A stretch of 11,278 nt of DNA, from contig NW_021827112.1 of NCBI RefSeq assembly GCF_006345805.1, positions 1-11,278 on the forward strand, given 5' to 3'. The notes under the pieces are model-generated. The model was not told the origin of the DNA, searched no databases, and saw nothing but the letters and a program-made list of their open reading frames with translations. This DNA is from Octopus sinensis (taxonomy: Eukaryota). Position 1 is the first letter of the stretch, and each line of letters opens with the position of its first letter. Shown in pieces: positions 1 to 6,924 of the stretch. The translations under genes and the position numbers were made by a program.

Positions 1-609
1 TACCTATATCTGTCCTTGTTGTCCCCTCTGTGTTTAGCCCCTGTGGGTAATAAAGAAATAGGTATTTCGTTTGTCGCTATGTTCTGAGTTCAAATTCCAC
101 CGAGGTCGACTTTGCCTTTCATCCTTTCGGGGTTGATAAATTAAGTACCAGTTACGCACTGGGGTCGATGTAATCGACTTAATCCGTTTGTCTGTCCTTG
201 TTTGTCTCCTCTGTGTTTAGCCCCTTGTGGGTAGTAAAGAAATAGGTATTTCGTCTGTTTTTACATTCTGAGTTTGAATTCCGCCGAAGTCAAATTTGCC
301 TTTCATCCTTTCGGGGTCGATAAATTAAGTACCAGTTACGCACTGGGGTTGATGTAATCTACTTAATACCTATGTCTGTCCATGTTTGTCCCCTCTATGT
401 TTAGCCCCTTGTGGGCAATAAAGAAATAAGAAACATTAGCAGGCTGGGCAAAATGCTTAGCGGTATTTCGTCTGTCTTTATGTTCTGAGTTCAAATTCTA
501 CCAAGGTCGACTTTGCCTTTTATCCTTTTGGGGTTGATAAATTAAGTACCAATTGCATACCCCCACCAAAAAAAATTTCGGGCCTTGTGCTAGAGTAGAA
601 AAGAATATT
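1..609 (+). mobile_element. Head-to-tail tandem array of SINE family A (tail of a copy entering from upstream, two headless 184-bp units at 61-244 and 245-428, third copy 430-609 with a different 3' tail)
   Basis: Units match the reverse complement of the TSD-flanked monomer at 4481-4713. B-box-like GTTCAAATTCC at 88-98. Central block GGTCGACTTTGCCTTTCATCCTTTCGGGGTCGATAAATTAAGTACC resembles the Meta/MESC SINE domain as I recall it. Confidence 0.85.
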
Positions 610-626
610 TTATCTATTGATTAGCC

Positions 627-722
627 AGTCTGTCTGACTGTCCATCAATCCATCCATCCGATCTGTCTATCTATCTCCACACACACACACATACATACAT
701 ACATATATTATATATATATTAT
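627..722. repeat. Compound microsatellite (TCTG/TCCA/TCTA)n-(CA)n-(TACA)n-(TA)n
   Basis: Directly visible simple repeats. Confidence 0.9.
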
Positions 723-828
723 GTTACAATGATGATATTCAAACCTCTTATGGGGATATTTTATCTAAGATACACTGGTTTAATATATCAAATTTTGAAG
801 AGATAATCCTTCAATGAATATATTATAT

Positions 829-1147
829 AAACAAGAAACTTTGGAAACAGCAATGCCACCATAGGTTACGTGGAAACGATGAATGTGTTTTCAAGGGAGA
901 TAATCAAAGAATGTAACAGTAATACTTCATGTTAAATAAATATAACAAATGAAAAATCCTTCAAGAATCCATAAAAATTCCTGAATCATTACCAAAATTT
1001 CGTCATCTGTTCCTTGTTTCATTACCAACTTTTCCTGCAAGTTTCATCAAATACTGTTCATAACTTTTTGAGTTATTTTGCACACAGATGGACAGACGGA
1101 CAAACCAACGCCAATGAAAACATAACCTCCTTCCTTGGCGGAGGTAT
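829..1147 (+). mobile_element. Non-autonomous Helentron-associated (HINE/DINE-1-like) element
   Basis: 5' start AACAAG...GAAACAGCAATGCC; internal TTTCAAGGGAGATAA, CCAAAATTT, AAGTTTCATCAAA and ATAACTTTTTGAGTTAT motifs; short (GGAC/AGAC)n tract at 1086-1102; 3' terminal hairpin ACCTCC(1125-1130)/GGAGGT(1140-1145). This layout is typical of mollusc and fish HINEs. The 5' boundary is less certain than the 3'. Confidence 0.65.
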
Positions 1148-1190
1148 TAAACTTATAAACTATCAAACATTATTATTGAACTAGAAAAAA

Positions 1191-1419
1191 GTCACAATTT
1201 TAACCCTATATATATTTTGCAATTATAATCTTATTTGAGAAATGATACAAATTAATTAATTAATTAATCAACATTTTACCAACAATTGTTTCATTTCTCA
1301 AATAAGATTAAAATTGAATATATATAGGGTTAAACTTGTGATGATTTTCCTTATAAGGCAAAAGTATACTTTTATATATTTTTTTGTAATTTTAATCTTA
1401 TTTGAGAAATGAAACAATT
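1191..1419. repeat. Three-arm foldback cluster (forward-reverse-forward)
   Basis: Arm 1191-1250 is an imperfect inverted repeat of 1286-1342. 1284-1315 and 1388-1419 are a perfect 32-bp inverted repeat (AATTTTAATCTTATTTGAGAAATGAAACAATT). Confidence 0.9.
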
Positions 1420-1508
1420 AGGATGAATGTTACTGTTATTCAGCCCTAGGAAACATCGTCTCCAGTAACAGTAACATTTGTCTTAATAACAGTAACATTT
1501 GTCCTAAT
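1417..1508. repeat. Small inverted-repeat (MITE-like) unit with internal 21-bp-period direct repeat
   Basis: 1417-1440 vs reverse complement of 1485-1508 match at 22/24. TAACAGTAACATTTGTC occurs at 1466-1482 and 1487-1503. Confidence 0.75.
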
Positions 1509-1767
1509 CAGGACTGCCACATTATGTTGGCAAATAATCTTTACTCCAGAGTCCTGTTACTGAAAATGTCTTGCTCAGAGATTTAGAAATGATAATTCTT
1601 CTATTTACTCAACAGTTGATTAACAAGATAATGTAATTACATCAATTATGTAATCTTGATGGTAATTTGCCAAATACACACACGTTTTATAAAGCATAGA
1701 ACACAATAACTGTTTTCTGTATTAATACTACCTCCTTGTCTGTCTGTCTGTCTTTCTCTTACATATA

Positions 1768-2000
1768 TACGGGGGATGGGGCAGGTGCTATAAAGTTCCT
1801 GGCTTTAAGGGTGTCCTGAAAGGCCTGGTTGGAGGCCCAACCTTCTGAGTTCTTTCACAGAGCTTAGAAAAACTGAAGGATCGCTGCAATAAGTGTGTGA
1901 ATCTGAGAGTAGAATATCTTGAATAAAATCATAATTAATTGACCCGCCTCTATTTTCTTTTATCCAAAACCAGGAACCTTTCAGCAACCATCCCTACATA
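1768..2000 (+). mobile_element. Mariner-derived non-autonomous element (internal deletion derivative)
   Basis: TA at both ends. Imperfect TIRs GGTGCTATAAAGTTCCTGGCTTT (1784-1806) / AAAACCAGGAACCTTTCAGCAACC (1966-1989). 1864-1926 translates LEKLKDRCNKCVNLRVEYLE*, resembling the mariner transposase C-terminus (..KL..RW.KCV...G.Y.E). Confidence 0.8.
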
Positions 2001-2356
2001 ATAGAGAAAGAGCTGGTTTCTAACCTAGATCCAAGGCTACTTCATTGGTATTTCAATATCAACAACAAGGTATTTTTGTTTGCATGTATGTATGTATGTG
2101 TAGATTTGTATGTTTTGTTTTATGCGTGTATTTTTGTGCATATAGTTGTATATCTAGACCTGCTCATATGTATTTAAAGGATAAACTTCTGGAAAGTTTT
2201 ACAGATATTGTGTGGTAAGTAGCTTGCTTACCAACCACATGGTTCTGGGTCAGTCACTGCATGGCACCTTGGGCAAGTGTCTTCTACTATAGCCTGATCA
2301 AAGCTTTGTGAGTGGATTTGGTAGATGGAAACTGAAAGAAGCTTGTTGTATATATG

Positions 2357-2389
<33 letters not shown>

Positions 2390-2551
2390 ATGTGTGTGTG
2401 GGTGTGTGTATGTTTGTGTGTCTGTGTTTGTACCCCCACCATTGCTTGACAACTGATGGTGGTGTGTTTACGTCCTCATAACTTAGCATTTCGGCAAAAG
2501 AGACTGATAGAATAAGTACTAGGCTTACAAAGAATAAGTCCTGGGGTTGAT

Positions 2552-3318
2552 CACCATCATCATCATCGTTTAACGTCCGTTTTCCACGCTAGCACGGGTT
2601 GGACGGTTCGACCGGGGTCTGGGGAGCCAGGGGCTGCCCCGGGCTCCAGTCTGATCTGGCAGTGTTTCTACAGCTGGATGCCCTTCCTAATGCCAACCAC
2701 TCTGCGAGTGTAGTGGGTGCTTTTTACGTGCCACCTGCACAGGTGCCAGAGGGGTCTGGAATCAGCCATGATCGGTTGGTGCTTTTTTATGTGCCACCGG
2801 CACAGAAGCCAGTCAAGGCGGTGCTGGCATCGGCCACGTTCGGATGGTGCTTTTTATGTGCCATTGGCACAGAAGCCAGTCGGGGCGGTGCTGGCATCAG
2901 CCACGTTTGGATAGTGCTTTTTATGTGCCACCGGCACAGAAGCCAGTGGAGGCTGCACTGGCAACAGCCACGTTCGGATGGTGCTTTTTATGTGTCACCG
3001 GCACAGGTATCACAACTACTGTTTCCATTGATATTTGGTTCGATGTTCATGTACATGCACTTGACTCAACAGGTCTCCTCAAGCACAGCGAGATGTTCCG
3101 GGATCCCACGATCGGTTGGTGCTTTTTATGTGTCACCGGCACAGAAGCCAGTCGAGGCGGTGCTGGCGTCGGCCACGTTCAGATGGTGCTTTTTATGTGC
3201 CACCGGTACAGGAGCCAGTTGGGGCGGTGCTGGCATCGGCCACGTTCGGATGGTGCTTTTTATGTGCCACCGGCACAGAAGCCATTCGAGGCAGGGTTGG
3301 CATCGGTCACGTTCGGAT
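2552..3318 (-). mobile_element. 3' end (UTR with VNTR, ORF2 stub, (GAT)n tail) of a probable RTE-clade LINE
   Basis: (CAT)n on + at 2555-2567 is a minus-strand (GAT)n tail. Homologous to 9162-9603 and 10313-10653. Minus strand of ~3060-3090 reads AVLEET, matching the ORF2-end fragment at 3546-3592. RTE assignment rests on recalled RTE C-terminal motifs. Confidence 0.7.
2716..3318. repeat. Tandem array of ~67-bp units: 2716-2777, 2778-2845, 2846-2912, 2913-2979, partial unit plus unique segment 2980-3117, 3118-3184, 3185-3251, 3252-3318
   Basis: Consensus GGTGCTTTTTATGTGCCACCGGCACAGAAGCCAGTCGAGGCGGTGCTGGCATCGGCCACGTTCGGAT read directly from the copies. Confidence 0.95.
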
Positions 3319-3422
3319 GTACTCGACTAAAGGCGCTGCTCCAGCATGGCCGCAATCAGATGACTGAAACAAGTAAAAGAGAGAAAGAGAGATGTGTGTA
3401 TATGTACTGTATATATATAGAT

Positions 3423-3592
3423 AGTCTTGGTCACTTGTAACTACTTATGTGTGGCTCAACATTCAAAGATCATGCTACCAGCAAAGACCATGATTATGTT
3501 TTCACAGATGTCATTTACATAACACCAGTAATGGCCACAAATACTCTTTCACTTGGCTTGATGAGTCATCTTAAGCACAGCATATCACCAAA
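3423..3592 (-). pseudogene. Decayed RTE ORF2 C-terminal / 3'UTR-start fragment in permuted order
   Basis: Minus strand 3592-3549 reads W*YAVLKMTHQAK*; 3483-3421 reads CW*HDL*MLSHT*VVTSDQDY, compared with the RTE-type ..DL..LGL.....DR..WR..V motif. Confidence 0.6.
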
Positions 3593-3655
3593 TATATATA
3601 TATAAATATATACATATACATACATACATATGATTTTGATTTTTTTGATTTTTCC

Positions 3656-3695
3656 AGTTTCAGCTAATGAGCTGTGGCCATGCTGGGGCACCGCC
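3656..3695 (-). mobile_element. SINE family B 3'-terminal fragment
   Basis: GTTTCAGCTAATGAGCTGTGGCCATGCTGGGGCACCGCC matches the tail of the copy at 5433-5839 (GTTTCAGTCATTTGACTGCGGCCATGCTGGAGCACCGCC). Confidence 0.75.
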
Positions 3696-3708
3696 ATTAA
3701 TGTGTAAC

Positions 3709-3769
3709 ATATATATATTTTTATATATATATATATTTTTATATATATATATATATAATATATATATTT
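3709..3769. repeat. Interrupted (TA)n microsatellite
   Basis: Directly visible. Confidence 0.9.
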
Positions 3770-3880
3770 ATTAAGAAGGAAATAGTGAGAATTTTAGATA
3801 AAGATGATTTATTTAGCATTTTCATCTCTTTTGAGAGATTCATCATGAATGACACATTTATAGAAAATTCGAACCTCATA

Positions 3881-3930
<50 letters not shown>

Positions 3931-4039
3931 TTGGTTGAAAAAATCTGGAGGTGAATTGAAAAGAGAATGTTTTGACGGTTGTTATTTGAACCTATATGGT
4001 GTGTAAGGAATAATGAAAAGAAGAAAGAAAGGCTTTGTG

Positions 4040-4073
<34 letters not shown>

Positions 4074-4108
4074 GAAGCAAATGTGTGTGAGTGAGTGTGG
4101 GTATGTTA
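3770..4108 (-). mobile_element. Inverted copy of 5921-6277: putative inverted pseudo-LTR of PLE-1, with a mutated hammerhead core at 3811-3853 and two (TG)n tracts
   Basis: Reverse complement aligns block by block with 5921-6277: TAACATAC.CACACTC.CTCACACAC; CTCTT.TCA.TTCA.CTCCAGATTTTTT; TCATTC.TGATGAATCTCTCAAAA; AATAAATCAT.TTTATC..AAATTCT.ACTA. It abuts the start of PLE-1 coding homology. Confidence 0.7.
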
Positions 4109-5135
4109 CACATCAAATGGAACATGCCGTATAGTATGGCAAAACATATTTGTGAAATAGCCGTTGAATCAAAAATACTTCAAATTCAACTCAATGAACA
4201 CCAAGCTTTCTAAAGCAACAAAATTACCCTGTAAGATTAATGAACGATGGAATTATAAAAGCAATGAAATTGGACATCATACAATTGAGGACACCTAAGG
4301 GAAAAATGAAAGAAAATACTATCCTGTTTATCAATACACATAACCCAGGAGTGACCATCATATTCCACACTATAGAAACAAAGCTACCAATATTTTTACA
4401 AAGCTCCAAAAATGAAAAATATGGTTGGTGAAAACCTTATATAAAACAGCAAAAGTCTGCCAAAAATCTTTAAAAATAACTATTTCTTTATTACCCACAA
4501 GGGGATAAACACAGGGGAGATAAACAAGGACAGATAAAGGTATTAAGTCGATTACATTGACTCCAGTGCATAACTGGTACTTAATTTATCGACCCCAAAA
4601 GGATGAAAGGCAAAGTCGACCTCGGCGGAATTTGAACTCAGAACGTAGCGGCAGACGAAATACCGGTAAGCATTTCGCCCGGTGTGCTAATGAGTCTGCC
4701 AGCTCTCTGCCTTAAAATCTTTAAAAAATAACATGAGGGCAAAATTCCTGTTCAGAATTCTCTGTGAAAGATTGTGGAGATAACAGATAAGGACCATGTA
4801 ACAACAACTTCAACTATTTGGATACTGGTTCCCATATAAAACTTTGAAGTGAATTCTGCTTCCAGATAAACGCAAGTATGGGCTGTAAAGCACAATATAA
4901 TAATTGCGAAGAGAATTATTTTGTTGAAATTGATAATTCTTTTTGCGAGTGTGCAAGAATCCACAGACAACAAATCAGACAAAAAGAATTATGTAAGATT
5001 CCACTGAGTAAGCATCTGGAAATATGTGGAGTCATCAAATTCAAGATCTTTCCCTTCTACAAATGCTCAAAGGATGACTGAAGTCCCAGAAGGAAATGAA
5101 ACTACATTTTGTCAAAAATTTTTGCCTAAAGGTAT
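4106..5135 (+). pseudogene. Decayed Penelope-like element 1: RT C-terminal region, Cys-rich linker and GIY-YIG endonuclease; interrupted by SINE A at 4481-4713
   Basis: With frameshifts and stops: LHIKWNMPYSMAKHICEIA..LNE (4106-4198), FLKQQNYPVRLMNDGIIKAMKLD..FINTHNP (from 4207), RAKF (~4736-4747), VKDCGDNR*GPC (4764-4799), CEENYFVE..ARIHRQQIR..IPLSKHLEICG..FKIFPFYK (ORF 4878-5081). These follow recalled PLE motifs (NIP..LARRIC, YP..LI..GI.KA, C..C..YIG.T..L..R..HR, LS.H..C). The IY motif segment appears deleted. Neptune-like from the linker Zn-finger, tentatively. Confidence 0.85.
4481..4713 (-). mobile_element. Full-length SINE family A monomer with ~18-bp target-site duplication
   Basis: Flanks AAAATCTTTAAAAATAAC (4463-4480) and AAAATCTTTAAAAAATAAC (4714-4732). 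Minus-strand head AAGGCAGAGAGCTGGCAGACTCATTAG (A-box-like) and GTTCAAATTCC (B-box-like). Confidence 0.92.
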
Positions 5136-5269
5136 AAAAAAAGAAAATGTTCTTTAGGAAAAGGATTAGTCTCACAGATGAACCAAATCGGATTACCACT
5201 GGATATTATTATTAATAATGTTCTCATTACTGTTACTAAAATAATTGGAAAAATTCACTTAAACAATCA

Positions 5270-5412
5270 ACACACACACACACACACTCTCTCTCTCTCA
5301 TACACTTAAACACAAACACACACAGGCACACACACACAAACACCCACATACACACTCTCTCATACACTTAAACACACACACACACATGCATGTACATACA
5401 CACACAAACACA
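5270..5412. repeat. Compound (CA)n/(CT)n microsatellite with duplicated CTCTCTCATACACTTAAACACA
   Basis: Directly visible; the motif occurs twice, near 5294 and 5356. Confidence 0.85.
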
Positions 5413-5432
5413 TGTTTAAAAATACATGGATA

Positions 5433-5839
5433 TCTCTTTACTCTTTTACTTGTTTCAGTCATTTGACTGCGGCCATGCTGGAGCACCGCCTTTTAGTCGA
5501 ACAAATCGACCCCAAGACTTATTCTTTGTAAGCCTAGTACTTATTCTATCGGTCTCTTTTGCCGAACCGCTAAGTGACGGAGACGTAAACACACCAGCTT
5601 CGGTTGTCAAGCGATGTTGGGGGGACAAACACAGACACACAATCATATACACACACACATATACATACATATATACGACGGGCTTCTTTCAGTTTCCGTC
5701 TACCAAATCCACTCACAAGGCTTTGGTCAGTCTGAGGCTATAGTAGAAGACACTTGCCCAAGGTGCCATGCAGTGGGACTGAACCCGGAACCATGTGGTT
5801 CGTAAGCAAGCTACTTACCACACAGCCACTCCTGCGCCT
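5433..5839 (-). mobile_element. Full-length SINE family B copy (CpG-rich, probably among the youngest)
   Basis: Minus-strand head AGGCGCAGGAGTGGCTGTGTGGTAAG...CCGGGTTCAGTCCC, internal microsatellite, (AAAGAGTA)-type tail. No clear TSD seen. Confidence 0.92.
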
Positions 5840-5920
5840 TCCAAAACTATTTGATAGATTCTGTTCTCTACAGATAAGTAACATGATATCTGACCAAATA
5901 TACAATGACTAAAAGAAAAT

Positions 5921-6277
5921 TAACATACACACACTCGCTCACACACACACACACACACACACTGTCATCAATTCAACCATTCTAGAAAAAGACCTCTTTT
6001 TTTTACTTCTTCCTGTCATTCTTTTTTCTGTTTCCTATAAAAAAGTTCCTATGAAAATTCTATAAAAATTCACCACAATACACAAAGATTCAAAATAAAA
6101 CTACTTCCAATGCACACTCTTCTCATTTCAACTCCAGATTTTTTTTAACTAATACACACACACACACATGCAAAAGGTATGAATTTCCTATGAATATATC
6201 ATTCCTGATGAATCTCTCAAAAAAGTGCTTAATAAATCATTTTTATCCCAAATTCTGACTACTTTCTTTTTCTTAAT
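5921..6277 (+). mobile_element. Direct-orientation copy of the putative PLE-1 pseudo-LTR segment, with a partial hammerhead core at 6199-6235
   Basis: Homologous to the reverse complement of 3770-4108. CTGATGA at 6205-6211 followed by ATCTC. Confidence 0.65.
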
Positions 6278-6484
6278 GTATAAAATGTATATACCACTTT
6301 AAACAATCTATACATACCAACGTACATGCAAACACACACACACACACACACATAGACAGAGACAGTAACTTCTATGCTGAAGTAGAGACAATATGTTCTT
6401 TGTCTATCTCCTTAACTTCTTGAAGATTTTAGGTATAATTATACTGTGTCCATCTATTCTAATTTAATTAAATTTTATATCTTT

Positions 6485-6572
6485 ATGCAACTGAGGATTA
6501 CTCTGCTTTTAAATTGATGTAATGATTGCATTGTTCAATTAAATGGAGTTGCATGAAACGGTCGTACTGCAT
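6485..6572 (+). ncRNA. Type I hammerhead ribozyme-like motif (probably PLE-associated, partly decayed)
   Basis: Stem I ATGCA(6485-6489)/TGCAT(6568-6572) with an A-C mismatch at the core-proximal pair; CUGAGGA 6491-6497; long irregular stem II 6498-6554; GAAA 6555-6558; short near-palindromic stem III ACGGTCGT; GUA cleavage triplet 6564-6566. Confidence 0.7.
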
Positions 6573-6924
6573 TACCACTGGATATCCTTGTTGCTTATTT
6601 TGAGATATATATATATATATATATAGTAATATGTAAAGGTAAGATCCAAGGATCAAGGTGTAGGAAGTTAGTAAGCTTTGAGCAGTCCCTAGAAGCTATA
6701 CAAAACACAACTTTCAGGAACAATGGTGGTTTATTGATGTAGAAGGTTATAAATTTTTCCCATATTGAATTTCGATAAGCTGGGAAAAGTTATTTTATAG
6801 TTAATATTTAGCAACTGGGATTACTATGTATGCTAATAAAAATTTAAATTTTTGATCAAACCTCCTGTGTGTTAACACAGAATCCCTTGATAACAACATA
6901 ATCTTCATTTAACTAAGATATCAT

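Larger units (their letters stand above)
2209..3392 (+). mobile_element. SINE family B copy, split into 2209-2551 and 3319-3392 by an RTE 3'-end insertion
   Basis: tRNA-like head (TGTGGTAAG...GGGTCAGTC), CORE-like CCTTGGGCAAGT, internal (TA)n(TG)n. Sequence resumes at CTCGACTAAAGGC...GACTGAAACAAGTAAAAGAG exactly as in the uninterrupted copy 7175-7564. Confidence 0.9.

Noticed and set aside
2228-2489. Short THTH/YIYI/CVCV-rich ORFs here and at 5298-5805, 6932-7388 and 7998-8195
   Set aside because: Translations of SINE B and dinucleotide microsatellites.
2716-3318. CRISPR-like repeat array
   Set aside because: Units are contiguous near-identical repeats without unique spacers, there are no cas genes, and the context is eukaryotic retroelement DNA.
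2599-3440. ORFs of 243 aa (2599-3330), 198 aa (2844-3440) and shorter overlapping ones
   Set aside because: They run antisense through the 67-bp VNTR. The same peptides recur in all three frames because 67 is not a multiple of 3, and the unit is simply stop-poor.
5790-5839. tRNA gene at the SINE heads (also 4630-4713 and 8205-8264)
   Set aside because: A- and B-box-like motifs are present but I could not form a cloverleaf, and they continue into SINE bodies.
6034-6072. Three ~13-bp imperfect repeats (CTATAAAAAAGTTC-like)
   Set aside because: Short low-complexity local duplication with no further structure.
6376-6420. CTGAAG followed by an AGAGACAA/TTGTCT hairpin as another hammerhead
   Set aside because: The core is not CUGANGA and no GAAA follows.
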